Shown one piece after another: positions 42,746-53,468 of a DNA stretch of 64,000 nucleotides. Made by a program: the position numbers and the translations under genes. The stretch lies in assembly GCA_016873805.1 (NCBI GenBank), contig VGVZ01000004.1, positions 66,864-130,863 of the forward strand, in the 5' to 3' direction. Position 1 is the stretch's first letter; each line of letters starts with the position of its first letter. This DNA is from Ignavibacteria bacterium. Lineage in GTDB: Bacteria > Bacteroidota > Ignavibacteria > UBA10030. The notes beneath the pieces are model-generated. The model saw nothing but the letters and a program-made list of their open reading frames with translations. It was not told the origin of the DNA and made no database searches.

Positions 42746-43413
42746 GGGTCCCTCCGCGATGTGTAAGTGGATGTTATGTTGGATGAATCTAAACTGGATA
42801 GTCCGCCACTTCGGTGGTCGGCAGCCGTCGGGAGGGAAAAAGCGAAGCGCAAATCTGAAGGATCTCGAAAGCCTCTGTGCAACCTACGAGAGGCTTCTGC
42901 CAGAGCCGATTCACCGGGAGGGGGTGTTTCGCTCTTTGCTCGGCCTAAGTTCCGTTTCCTTGTTCTGGGATAAATGTAAAGATGACAGTTCGGATTGTCA
43001 AGCCGTGTGGTGACTTCCATCACATTTCTTGATCAACATTCATGCAACAGCTCCAAAAAGGCAGAAAAAGCCGATCCAAACATCCCCCTTCTATGTGACT
43101 CAAGGGCAGTCGAGCGGTCGTGCCAGTGCCTTGGCGAGGCCCGTCGGGAGGAGGCGCGCGATCCTTATTGTAGGTAGGGATTCAACGGCTTTCGCGGTCG
43201 ATCGCTCCCGAGGAAAACGCCATTCGGCATCATCCCTTTTCGAATTTCACATTGTTGCCTCAGTCGAGATGCATCACTATAATGGGCACGGCGAGAGACT
43301 TTCGATCGTTCTTTCCGTTGTACAGCAGTGGTTTACATCCCGAATACGCTCGCTCAACCGGCGCGACGACTATTCCTACTTCATTCTCAATTCACTCTTC
43401 AGGAGATTCACCC

Positions 43414-46400
43414 ATGATTCAAATCCCCTCCTTCTTGCACCGCGCGGCCATGATGGCAATGCTGTGTGTGTTGTCTGTGTCCCTTGTCAGCGCGCAGATG
43501 GATCCCAAACAATTTTCTCACATCAAAGCGCGGAGTATCGGTCCGGCCGGTATGAGTGGACGAATCGCCAGCATCGATGCCGTTCATTCCAATCCGAATA
43601 TCATTTACGTCGGGGTTTCGATCGGCGGCGTCTGGAAGACTACCAATGGAGGCACGACGTGGAAGGCCCTCTTCGACGATCAACCGGTCTCTGCCGTCGG
43701 GGCTGTCGCCATCGTTCAACAGAATCCGTCGGTGGTGTGGGTAGGAACGGGCGAAGGAAATCCACGCAACAGCGCGAGCGGAGGCAACGGAATCTATCGT
43801 ACGCTCGACGCCGGGGATACCTGGGCGCACATGGGGCTGGACAAAACCGAACGCATCCATCGGATCCTGATTGATCCGTCGAATCCCAATGTCGTCTATG
43901 CCGCGGCGATGGGGCAGATGTGGGGAGAGAACCCAGACCGCGGAGTATACAAGACGACCGATGGCGGAAAGACATGGCGCAAGGTGTTGTACGTGGATGA
44001 GAAGACCGGTTGTGCAGATCTCGTCATGGATCCTCAGAATCCGAACAAACTGATCGCGGCAATGTGGGAGTACCGCCGATGGCCCTGGTTCTTCAAGTCC
44101 GGAGGGCCCGGAAGCGGATTACACGTGACGTACGACGGAGGAGAAACCTGGAAGAAACTCAGCGATGCCGACGGGCTTCCGAAGGGAGAGTTGGGACGAA
44201 TCGGACTGGCGATCGGGGTGAACAATCCCGATGTCGTCTACGCGCTGGTGGAGGCGGAGAAGAATGCGCTGTTGCGTTCCGACGACGGGGGCAAACGATG
44301 GCGAACGGTCAACAATTCCAACAACATCAATCCACGTCCATTCTACTACGCTGATATCTATATCGATCCACAGAATGAAAATCGCCTGTACAGTCTGCAT
44401 ACCAATCTCACTGTCAGCAACGACGGGGGAAGAAGCTTTGCGACGCTTGGCGGCGGGAACCGTATCCACTCCGATCATCATGGGTTCTGGATCAATCCAA
44501 AAGACCCCGCGCATCTGATCGACGGAAGTGATGGCGGAGTATACATCAGCAAAGACTACGGCCGATCGTGGTGGTTCATCGATAACCTGCCGCTCGGTCA
44601 ATTCTATCATATTAATGTCGACAATGAAGTTCCGTACAATATCTACGGCGGAATGCAGGACAATGGATCGTGGAGGGGGCCGAGCAGTGTGTGGGAGAAT
44701 GGGGGAATCCGGAACTGGCACTGGAATGAGGTAGGATTTGGTGATGGATTTGCCACTATAGTAGACCTCTCGGATCCGCTCTACGGCTATGCGATGTCTC
44801 AAGGGGGGAACTTGATGCGATTCAATGTGAAAACGGGAGAACGAAAAGACATCCGTCCGGTTCACCCGGATGGCATCAAACTTCGGTTCAACTGGAACGC
44901 GGGAATCGCTCACGATCCATTCGACGTGAAGACTATCTACTACGGAAGCCAGTTTGTCCACAAAAGTACAGATCGGGGCGAGTCGTGGACGATCATCAGT
45001 CCCGATCTCACCACCGACAACAAAGAGAAACAAAACGCTGAGAAGAGCGGCGGTCTGACGCTTGATGTGACGGCGGCGGAGAATCACTGTTCGATCCTCA
45101 CAGTCGCCCCGAGCGTAATCAACCGAAACGTGATTTGGGTTGGTACCGATGACGGCAATATCCAGCTCACACAGGATGGCGGCAAGACATGGACAAATGT
45201 GGTCGTAAACATCAAAGGTGTGCCGAAGAACACCTGGGTACCGCATATCGAGCCGTCTAAGTTCGACGCAGGATCGGCCTATGTGGTGTTCGATGACCAT
45301 CGACGTAGCAACTGGACGACCTATGTGTTCAAGACGGGCGATTACGGAAAGACGTGGACGAGTCTGACCAAGGACAATCCGTTCGCAGGAACAAACAAGC
45401 TCTGGGGCTACGCGCTGGCGATTGAGCAGGATCCCGTGAAGAAAGATCTGCTCTATCTCGGAACGGAATTCGGTCTGTTCATCAGCTTCAATGACGGACA
45501 GAACTGGATGCACTGGACGAATGGATTTCCGACCGTCTCCACGATGGCGCTCATCGTCCATCCGCGCGATCACGATCTGGTGATCGGCACTCATGGACGG
45601 TCCGCATACATCATCGACGATGTGCGTCCTTTCCGTGCGGTCTCGAAGGAGCTCCTCGACAAGCCGATGCACATGTTCGAAATTCCCCCAACGTACCAGT
45701 ACCAGGTTCGGGCCGGAGACGGGTATCACTTCCCGGGCGATGCGTTCTTCCGCGGAGACAACAAACCGTACGGTGCGACGATCACGTACGCACTCAATCC
45801 GGAAAAGCTTCCCGAGCTCCGTCCACAGCGCGGCGAAGAGGAATCAGGGATGGGTGGAATGGGGGCCGCTATGGGAGGCCAGATGTCGGGAATGATTCAA
45901 TCCTTCATGGCGCAGATGGGAGGCGCAGCCGGAGGAAGGTTCGCGGAGATCGCCGAGCGGATGCGTGACTCGGTTTTTGTGAGAATCGAAATCCTCGACG
46001 AATCCGGAAAGCTCGTTCGCCGATTTAACGGCACGGCGTCGAAAGGCCTCAATCGTGCAACGTGGAATCTCCGGATGGACGGCCCGCGCTATCCTCAGCT
46101 TGGTGGCGCGCAGCGAGAGCAATCGGAGTTCTTCACTCCTCAGGGACCCGAGGTGCTGCCCGGTATCTACACCGCGAAGATCAAATTGGGGAAAGACTCC
46201 GTAGTGCAGAAACTTGAAGTGTTGCCCGATCCGCGAACATCCATCCCGTTGGCTGACAGGAAAGAAAAGCTCGAGCTAATTCAGAGCCTGAGCAAGAAGA
46301 TCTCCGTGGTTACCGAAGCGATCGATCGCATTCAAAAGACGCGGCGGGCGATTGAAGTGGCGTGGGAGTTCGTTCGTGAACGCCGCGATTCCTCTGCCAA

Positions 46401-46743
46401 CGCCGTGAAGCGGATGATCCCCGGCTTGCGGAAGGGACTCACCGACGTCGCGGATAGATTCATGGAGGAACCGAATCGCGTGCAGGGGATGTCGCGCAAC
46501 CCCGAGACAGTCGTCGCGAAGCTCGGCGGGATCGCACGTTCGCTTGGCAGTTCCTGGGACGCCGTCAATGAGACTCAACGAATCAACGCCCGTGCCGCGG
46601 AGAAGGTGCTGGATGAGGCGTTGTCGGAATACAACAAGCTCTTCAGCGAACAGGTCCCGACGTTCCGGAAGAGAGTGGAGGCAGCCGGACTGAACTTCTT
46701 CCCCGAGCTGTCACCCCTTGATGCAAATTGGGAAAAGAAGTAG
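43414..46743 (+). CDS. BNR/Asp-box repeat (sortilin/VPS10-like) secreted protein
   Basis: An aggag RBS sits 8 nt upstream of the ATG at 43414, which opens a signal peptide. It has multiple Asp-box repeats (TTNGGTTW, TTDGGKTW, YDGGETW, SDDGGKRW…). Confidence 0.8.
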   Translation: MIQIPSFLHRAAMMAMLCVLSVSLVSAQMDPKQFSHIKARSIGPAGMSGRIASIDAVHSNPNIIYVGVSIGGVWKTTNGGTTWKALFDDQPVSAVGAVAIVQQNPSVVWVGTGEGNPRNSASGGNGIYRTLDAGDTWAHMGLDKTERIHRILIDPSNPNVVYAAAMGQMWGENPDRGVYKTTDGGKTWRKVLYVDEKTGCADLVMDPQNPNKLIAAMWEYRRWPWFFKSGGPGSGLHVTYDGGETWKKLSDADGLPKGELGRIGLAIGVNNPDVVYALVEAEKNALLRSDDGGKRWRTVNNSNNINPRPFYYADIYIDPQNENRLYSLHTNLTVSNDGGRSFATLGGGNRIHSDHHGFWINPKDPAHLIDGSDGGVYISKDYGRSWWFIDNLPLGQFYHINVDNEVPYNIYGGMQDNGSWRGPSSVWENGGIRNWHWNEVGFGDGFATIVDLSDPLYGYAMSQGGNLMRFNVKTGERKDIRPVHPDGIKLRFNWNAGIAHDPFDVKTIYYGSQFVHKSTDRGESWTIISPDLTTDNKEKQNAEKSGGLTLDVTAAENHCSILTVAPSVINRNVIWVGTDDGNIQLTQDGGKTWTNVVVNIKGVPKNTWVPHIEPSKFDAGSAYVVFDDHRRSNWTTYVFKTGDYGKTWTSLTKDNPFAGTNKLWGYALAIEQDPVKKDLLYLGTEFGLFISFNDGQNWMHWTNGFPTVSTMALIVHPRDHDLVIGTHGRSAYIIDDVRPFRAVSKELLDKPMHMFEIPPTYQYQVRAGDGYHFPGDAFFRGDNKPYGATITYALNPEKLPELRPQRGEEESGMGGMGAAMGGQMSGMIQSFMAQMGGAAGGRFAEIAERMRDSVFVRIEILDESGKLVRRFNGTASKGLNRATWNLRMDGPRYPQLGGAQREQSEFFTPQGPEVLPGIYTAKIKLGKDSVVQKLEVLPDPRTSIPLADRKEKLELIQSLSKKISVVTEAIDRIQKTRRAIEVAWEFVRERRDSSANAVKRMIPGLRKGLTDVADRFMEEPNRVQGMSRNPETVVAKLGGIARSLGSSWDAVNETQRINARAAEKVLDEALSEYNKLFSEQVPTFRKRVEAAGLNFFPELSPLDANWEKK

Positions 46744-46974
46744 CTTGCACGTCACGCCGAGCAATGATGTGAATTCACTTCGGCCGAAAAAATGAAGTAA
46801 CGGCGCGCTGTCGGGGCTTCCGTTTCTCAGAATCATTCGTGCTGTCGATTCAGAGCAACGAAAGTCCCGACAACATATGTACGCCCAGCCGTCAACTTCC
46901 CCAACCATTCAGTCGTTCAGCAATCTGATGACATATTTCGTATCGCCTTCTCACTTGAGTCCCAGGAGGATTAT

Positions 46975-49900
46975 ATGGATGCGAACCGGCGTCACCAGCG
47001 AGCGGTTCTTTTCCACGGTTTCAGGTATTGGCTCCTTGCTGCACTGGTGCTTGGAGCCTCACCTCTCGCAACGGGCCAGCAGAAGAGTATCAAGTATGGC
47101 ACATTCCTCTACAAGTCAATGCAATGGCGCGAAATCGGCCCCTTCAGAGGTGGGCGTTCAATCGCAGTCGCCGGACACAAGGACCAGAAGTACACCTACT
47201 ATTTCGGCGCAACCGGAGGCGGCATCTGGAAAACCGAAGATGGAGGAGCGACGTGGCTCAATGTTTCAGATGGATACCTGAACGTGGGGGTTGTGGGAGC
47301 GCTGGAAGTCGCCGAATCGGATCCAAACGTGATTTATGCCGGCACCGGTGAATCGTGTATCCGCGGAAATGTCATGCCCGGTGAAGGGGTGTACAAATCA
47401 ATGGACGCAGGAAAGAGCTGGGAGTTCATCGGACTCGGACAGGCGCAAACGATCAGCCGCGTGCGCGTTCATCCGAAGGATGCAAATGTTGTCTACGTTG
47501 CCGCGCTGGGACACGTGTTTGGAGAGAATCCGGAGCGCGGCATTTACCGCTCGTTGGATGGAGGAAGGAACTGGAAGAAGATTCTGTACAAAGATGACAA
47601 GACCGGCGCGGCGGATCTGGTTATCGATCCGTTCAACCCGCGCGTTCTCTATGCATCTCTCTGGGAAGCGATCCGAACTCCGTGGAGCATGTCGAGCGGC
47701 GGACCCGGAAGCGGTCTCTGGAAGTCAACGGATGGCGGCGACACATGGAGGGAACTTACAAACAATCCCGGCATGCCGAAGGGACTACAAGGACGCATTG
47801 GTGTCGCTGCCTCGGGGGCCCGGAGTGACCTCGTGTGGGCAATGGTGGAAGCCGAAGATGGAGGATTGTATCGCTCGAACGATGGAGGAAAAAACTGGCG
47901 TCGGGTGAACGATGATCGACGGCTTCGTCAGCGTGCCTGGTACTATTCTCACGTCTATGCAGATCCAAGAAATCCTGAGACGGTGTACATCCTCAATGTT
48001 GGCTTTCACAAGTCCATCGACGGCGGCCGGACGCTCACGACAATATCTGCGCCTCACGGAGATCATCACGATCTCTGGATCGATCCCACCGATCCTCTTC
48101 GCATGGTCAACGCAAACGATGGAGGCGCCAATGTGTCCTACAACGGCGGCTTGACTTGGTCAGAGCAAGATCTCGCGACCGCGCAGTTCTACGGCGTCAC
48201 CCTCGATGATCAATTCCCTTACAAAGTCTATGGTGCTCAACAAGACAACAGCACCATCGGTATTGCGAGCCGCACGACCAGCTTCGGCATCGATCGTTTC
48301 CACTGGCATGCGGTCGGCGGAGGCGAAAGCGGATACATTGCGGTGAATCGAGAAGATCCAAACATCGTCTATGCCGGCAGCTACGGGGGGCTGCTGACAC
48401 GATATGATCATCGCACCGGGGAAACGGAAAACATCACCGTATGGCCCGACAATCCTATGGGGGCGGGCGTGGAAGCGATGAAATACCGGTTTCAATGGAC
48501 ATATCCCATCATCACCACCCCTCACGATTCGAAGACTATCTATGTTGCGGGAAATCACCTTTTCAAATCCACAAACGAGGGAAAGCGCTGGGACATCCTG
48601 AGTCCCGATCTCACCCGGAACGACAAATCGAAGATGGGATCGTCGGGCGGACCGATCACAAAGGATAACACGAGTGTCGAGTATTACGGAACAATCTTCA
48701 CCGTCGCGGAATCGCCGATGAATGCCGACGTTCTCTGGACCGGTTCGGATGATGGATTGATCCATCTGACACGGGATGGAGGAACGTCGTGGGTGAACGT
48801 GACGCCGAAGGACCTGCCGGAATGGTCTCTCATCAGTATCATCGAGGCGTCGCCGCACGATCCAGGGACAGCATACTTCGCGGCAACGCGATACAAGCTG
48901 AACGACTTCAGGCCATTCATCTACAAAACCGGCGACTTCGGCAAGACGTGGAAGAAGATCGTGAATGGAATTCCCGAGTTCGAGTTCACGCGTGCGGTGC
49001 GCGAAGATCCTCATCGCAAGGGATTGCTCTACGCCGGCACGGAGCGGGGCATGTGGGTGTCGTTCGATGACGGAACAACATGGCAAACGCTCCAGCTCAA
49101 TCTTCCCATCGTGCCCATTCACGGTATCGCAATTCAAGCGCGCGAGAAAGATCTTGTCGTTGCCACACACGGCCGGTCGTTCTGGATTCTTGACGACCTG
49201 ACTCCGTTGCATCAGCTGTCGGATGAGATCGCCAGATCGGAGATGAATCTCTTCACGCCTCGTCATACGTATCGTATGCGGGGGGGAAGTTTCTCGAGAC
49301 CCGGCGTCTCTGTCGGCAAGAACCCTCCATCCGGAGTAGTGGTAAGCTACTCGTTCCGCCAGAGACCGAAGGAGGAGGTGAAGCTCGAATTCCTTGACGC
49401 GAAAGGATCACTGATCAAATCGTACTCCTCGAGAGTATCGCGGGAAGAGGCGGGACAATCACGTGAAGGGATGGAAGAATTCTTCGGAGGTGGCGGAGGC
49501 GCTCAACGAGTGAGTGCCGATTCAGGAATGAATCGATTCGTTTGGGACATGCGCTATGAGGACGCGACGAGTGTGCCAGGCGGTTTGATGTGGGCGGGAA
49601 CCACGAGGGGACCTCTCGCGCTTCCCGGGACATATCAGGTTCGGCTCACCGTTGGTGAGAAGAGCCAGACCCGGCAATTCGAGATCAAGCTTGATCCGCG
49701 TTCGCGTGCGACGGAGGGCGAATTGGTAGAACAGTTCGATTTCCTGATCAAGATTCGTGACCGCGTCAGCAAGGCGCATGAGGCGGTGAATACGATTCGG
49801 GAGATCCGGAAGCAGCTCCAGGATCTCAATCAGCGCATCAAAGGACATCCGCAGGAAAAAGCGGTCCTTGCGGCGACGAAATCGCTGGACGACAAGATGA

Positions 49901-50193
49901 CGCCGGTGGAAGAAGAGATCATTCAGGTGAAGATCAGAAGCAGTCAGGATGCATTGAACTATCCGATCAAGCTCAACAACAAGATTGCTGCGCTCACGGG
50001 CGTGGTCTCTGCGGCCGATGCGGCTCCGACCAAGCAATCGTATGATGTTTTCAACGAATTATCCCAACAACTCGAGGATCAGCTTGTGAAGTTTCGCGTC
50101 TTGCTCAAGAATGATCTTCCCCAGCTGAATGAAACAATCAAGAGCCAAGATGTGCCGGCAATCCTATTGAAACCGGCGGAGAAACCGAATTGA
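46975..50193 (+). CDS. BNR/Asp-box repeat (sortilin/VPS10-like) secreted protein, paralog of 43414-46743
   Basis: It shares the same Asp-box pattern and the colinear C-terminal region (…MRYEDATSVPGG… vs …NLRMDGPRYPQLG…). Confidence 0.8.
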   Translation: MDANRRHQRAVLFHGFRYWLLAALVLGASPLATGQQKSIKYGTFLYKSMQWREIGPFRGGRSIAVAGHKDQKYTYYFGATGGGIWKTEDGGATWLNVSDGYLNVGVVGALEVAESDPNVIYAGTGESCIRGNVMPGEGVYKSMDAGKSWEFIGLGQAQTISRVRVHPKDANVVYVAALGHVFGENPERGIYRSLDGGRNWKKILYKDDKTGAADLVIDPFNPRVLYASLWEAIRTPWSMSSGGPGSGLWKSTDGGDTWRELTNNPGMPKGLQGRIGVAASGARSDLVWAMVEAEDGGLYRSNDGGKNWRRVNDDRRLRQRAWYYSHVYADPRNPETVYILNVGFHKSIDGGRTLTTISAPHGDHHDLWIDPTDPLRMVNANDGGANVSYNGGLTWSEQDLATAQFYGVTLDDQFPYKVYGAQQDNSTIGIASRTTSFGIDRFHWHAVGGGESGYIAVNREDPNIVYAGSYGGLLTRYDHRTGETENITVWPDNPMGAGVEAMKYRFQWTYPIITTPHDSKTIYVAGNHLFKSTNEGKRWDILSPDLTRNDKSKMGSSGGPITKDNTSVEYYGTIFTVAESPMNADVLWTGSDDGLIHLTRDGGTSWVNVTPKDLPEWSLISIIEASPHDPGTAYFAATRYKLNDFRPFIYKTGDFGKTWKKIVNGIPEFEFTRAVREDPHRKGLLYAGTERGMWVSFDDGTTWQTLQLNLPIVPIHGIAIQAREKDLVVATHGRSFWILDDLTPLHQLSDEIARSEMNLFTPRHTYRMRGGSFSRPGVSVGKNPPSGVVVSYSFRQRPKEEVKLEFLDAKGSLIKSYSSRVSREEAGQSREGMEEFFGGGGGAQRVSADSGMNRFVWDMRYEDATSVPGGLMWAGTTRGPLALPGTYQVRLTVGEKSQTRQFEIKLDPRSRATEGELVEQFDFLIKIRDRVSKAHEAVNTIREIRKQLQDLNQRIKGHPQEKAVLAATKSLDDKMTPVEEEIIQVKIRSSQDALNYPIKLNNKIAALTGVVSAADAAPTKQSYDVFNELSQQLEDQLVKFRVLLKNDLPQLNETIKSQDVPAILLKPAEKPN

Positions 50194-50413
50194 CGGCATC
50201 CCGAAGTTCCGTCGATTCCCTCGGCCAGTGATAATCGTTACGCCGTGATGAAGAAGGAAACCACTGAGGACGCGAAGGAACGCAGAGAGGGAAACAGAAC
50301 CGGCATCCTACGTTTTGCGACCTCCGCGTATCTCTGCGTCCTCCCTGCCTGCTGCAGGCAGGCGCGGTTCCCCTTCTCCACAGGAATCTGCCTCCGACAC
50401 TGAAAGATAATCT

Positions 50414-52516
50414 ATGAAATGGATATTTCTGCTCTGCCTGGTCGTCGTTTTTCCATCCTTCGCCCAGGATCAGGCACCGAACTCCTCTGACACGCTGAAG
50501 ATCTACTATCTCGATGAGGTACTTGTTGTCGGTGCGCGTGGAGGTGGTGAAACTCTAAGAGTCCCGATGGCTGTTGGGGTCATAACACGTCCGGAACTCG
50601 CAAGCATCAGGCAGGTTGGATTGAACGAGGCACTCCGGTACATCCCAGGCGTCCTCGCGCAGAGCAAATCGGGGGGACAGGATGTGCGACTGACGATTCG
50701 CGGGTTCGGAGCTCGAGGCAACGGCGATCGGTCCAATGCCGCTACCATTCGCGGCATCAAAGTGCTGGTGGATGGGATTCCGGAATCGGATCCGGATGGT
50801 CGGACAGCCCTCGACTTCATCGATCTCTCAATGACGTCTCGCATCGAAGTGATCAGGACCAATGTCTCCAACCTGTTCGGAAACGCATCGGGGGGGATTG
50901 TCAATCTGGAGACGTTTGGATCTGTTGCTGAACCGATGCTCGTGAGTCGGAACCTCTTTGGCTCGTACGGTCTTCGGAAGAACGCTCTTTTATTTGGGAC
51001 CCCCTTCTCCTCGGGCGATCTGGCAGTTTCACTCTCCAATTCGGCGTTCGAGGGGTGGAGGCGAAACAGTTCGAGCACATCGATCCACCTCCACACCAGC
51101 ATCGGTCTGAAACCGGACGCTCATACGTCACTGCGGTTCTTTGCCGGTGGCACGGACAACACATTTCACATCCCGGGCCCTCTGACGGAATCTGAATATT
51201 CAGCAGACGCACAGCAGGCTCATCCGCTCTATCTCGCGCGACGAGAGAGACGAGAAAACCAGATTGCGCGATTTGCGCTCAAGGTGGATCGAACGCTGGG
51301 CGATCGGTCCGGTGTGAATGCGGTTGCATATTACATGCCGAAGGTGCTTGCTCGATCGGAGCGGAATACCTATCGCGATTTCAATCGCTACCATACGGGC
51401 ATTGGAATCACCTATCAGTGGAGCGACGGGGAGATGGCGTGGAATCCGCGGGTGCTGATGGGAGGCGATATTGCTTATCAGGATGGAACAATTCTCTTCT
51501 ATGGTCTGAAGAACGGTGAACGGGGAGATTCACTGAGAACGAACAAGCGCGAAGGGGCGGGGACATTCGGTACGTTTGTGCAGGGAAGCTTCGACCTGTT
51601 TGAGCATGGAACGCTCGTCGCCGGAGCGCGCTACGACTGGCAGGACTATCGGAGTCAACTCTATCCGGCCGGGGTCACACGGACGAACACGGTCGAGCGA
51701 CTGACGATGACTCACGTCACGCCCCGCGTGGCGTTGATGATTCGCCTTTCACCGTCGCGCACACTCTATGCAAGTCTGAGCGGTGGAGTCGAAGCTCCGG
51801 CATTCAATGAAATCGACCCTCCCCCCGATGTGAAGGCGATCGAACTGAATCCGCTTCTGAAACCCATGACGTCCACGACATATGAGATTGGATTCAAAGG
51901 CATCGAGTTTCTCGAGGGGGAGGAGATGGGGGGCAGCGTGAGCTATTCGATTGCGTTGTACGCCATCCGGGTGAAGAATGAAATCGTCCCGTTTGATGGG
52001 GGAAGCTGGTTCTTTTCCGTTGGATCTTCAACGCGACAAGGGGGAGAATGCGGCGTAGAGATCGACTTGCGGAACGGATTGTCGTTTCGGAGCGCGCTTA
52101 CGGTACTGGAAGCAAAATACACATCGTACCAGAACGAGCTGGGCGATTTCCAGGGACATGAAGTTCCAGGAATTCCACTGGTGAATGCGCAGGCGAGGGT
52201 GCGATATCGGAAGTCAGGTTTCAGCGTGGAGCTGTCGGCAGAGCACGTGGGGCGCTCGTTTGCCGACGATGCAAACATGCTCGATGTCCCTTCCTCGCTC
52301 GTCTTGAACGGAGCGGGATCGTGGTGGTTTCGGATTGGTCCACTCAAAACACAATTTGTTCTTGGCGTCCAGAACCTGACGGATGAAAAGTACATTTCCT
52401 CCTCCTTCATCAATCCAACGAGAAGAATTGTCGATGGAATGGTGTTGCCGGCATACATTGAGGCGGGACTTCCGAGAAATGTTTACCTCGGGTTGGACGT
52501 GGAGATGGAACTGTAA
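50414..52516 (+). CDS. TonB-dependent outer-membrane receptor
   Basis: It has a signal peptide, a plug-domain pattern and a C-terminal beta-barrel. Confidence 0.8.
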   Translation: MKWIFLLCLVVVFPSFAQDQAPNSSDTLKIYYLDEVLVVGARGGGETLRVPMAVGVITRPELASIRQVGLNEALRYIPGVLAQSKSGGQDVRLTIRGFGARGNGDRSNAATIRGIKVLVDGIPESDPDGRTALDFIDLSMTSRIEVIRTNVSNLFGNASGGIVNLETFGSVAEPMLVSRNLFGSYGLRKNALLFGTPFSSGDLAVSLSNSAFEGWRRNSSSTSIHLHTSIGLKPDAHTSLRFFAGGTDNTFHIPGPLTESEYSADAQQAHPLYLARRERRENQIARFALKVDRTLGDRSGVNAVAYYMPKVLARSERNTYRDFNRYHTGIGITYQWSDGEMAWNPRVLMGGDIAYQDGTILFYGLKNGERGDSLRTNKREGAGTFGTFVQGSFDLFEHGTLVAGARYDWQDYRSQLYPAGVTRTNTVERLTMTHVTPRVALMIRLSPSRTLYASLSGGVEAPAFNEIDPPPDVKAIELNPLLKPMTSTTYEIGFKGIEFLEGEEMGGSVSYSIALYAIRVKNEIVPFDGGSWFFSVGSSTRQGGECGVEIDLRNGLSFRSALTVLEAKYTSYQNELGDFQGHEVPGIPLVNAQARVRYRKSGFSVELSAEHVGRSFADDANMLDVPSSLVLNGAGSWWFRIGPLKTQFVLGVQNLTDEKYISSSFINPTRRIVDGMVLPAYIEAGLPRNVYLGLDVEMEL

Positions 52517-52780
52517 TCTGCAATCTGGATACCGATTTCAAATACGGAGAGATTGTCGTGAAAAAGCAAATCGACTGGCGAAATCATTCTTGTTGTGGAA
52601 TACTACACACTGCTCCAGAATATTGAGGATTCCGGAAGAACGATCGAGATAAATGAGCATCTCAAGAAGAGCCTTGCGCGAAAAGTGAAGCAAACGATTC
52701 GAGTGTACAACGGAATGCGATGGACCGCGTGACGGCACTGCTGTTCTCGGGAAGAACTTGAACAAACGACCACGGAGAGA

Positions 52781-53464
52781 ATGAAAGGAGCGATTAATTT
52801 GAGAGCATGGATCGTCGGAGGCATGGTGACCGTCCTCCTGGGGTGTCTTATGGTTCCGGCCCATCGTACTCATGCGCAAGAACGTTCAACGGTCGCGAAC
52901 CTCGATGAAACCGTAAAAACATTTCTTGAGCGCCGCGAGGGGACATGGAGGGATATGAACGTTCCAGCGAGTGATGGAAAGATCCTTTATGATCTGATCG
53001 TGAAAAACAAGTACACCAAGGCGCTGGAGATCGGCACTTCCACCGGACACTCAGCGATCTGGATCGCGTGGGCTCTCAGCAAGACCGGGGGGAAGCTCAT
53101 CACGATCGAGATCGATAAATCCCGATACAATGAAGCGCTGGCGAATTTCAAAGAGGCCGGTCTCGCCGGCTACATCGACGCACGACTTGCCGATGCCCAT
53201 GATCTGGTACCCAAGCTCGAGGGGCCGTTCGATTTTGTTTTCTGCGATGCGGACAAGGATTGGTACAAGAACTATTTCGTGGCCGTGGAGCCAAAGCTCG
53301 AAATCGGAGGATGTTACACTGCGCACAATGTTTCCGGCCGCGGAGGCATGCGAGGCACTGCTGAATTCTACAGCTATGTGCGAAGTCTGACACATTTCGA
53401 AACTTCGCTCGACCGGACAAGCCGGTCAGGGCTCTCCATAAGCTTCAAGAAATCGGCGAAGTAG
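52781..53464 (+). CDS. Class I SAM-dependent O-methyltransferase (family 3, CCoAOMT-like) with an N-terminal signal/TM segment
   Basis: It has …ALEIGTSTGHSAIWIA… (motif I) and …FDFVFCDADKDWY…. Confidence 0.7.
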   Translation: MKGAINLRAWIVGGMVTVLLGCLMVPAHRTHAQERSTVANLDETVKTFLERREGTWRDMNVPASDGKILYDLIVKNKYTKALEIGTSTGHSAIWIAWALSKTGGKLITIEIDKSRYNEALANFKEAGLAGYIDARLADAHDLVPKLEGPFDFVFCDADKDWYKNYFVAVEPKLEIGGCYTAHNVSGRGGMRGTAEFYSYVRSLTHFETSLDRTSRSGLSISFKKSAK

Positions 53465-53468
53465 GTCT

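Noticed and set aside
43029-43874. A 281-aa ORF overlapping the start of the first BNR gene
   Set aside because: It is Arg-rich and out of frame with the strongly supported BNR gene, whose ATG at 43414 has an aggag RBS. It has no domain-like features.
50330-50365. Palindrome cctgcctgctgcaggcagg after the second BNR gene as a terminator
   Set aside because: It is a good hairpin but is not followed by a U-tract, so it is only a weak intrinsic-terminator candidate. I kept it out of the feature list.
52517-52780. Possible small gene in the 264-bp gap between the TonB receptor and the O-methyltransferase
   Set aside because: Only ORFs of about 10-22 aa without RBS support are present (for example GTG…TGA at 52558). 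The gap is more likely a promoter or leader region.
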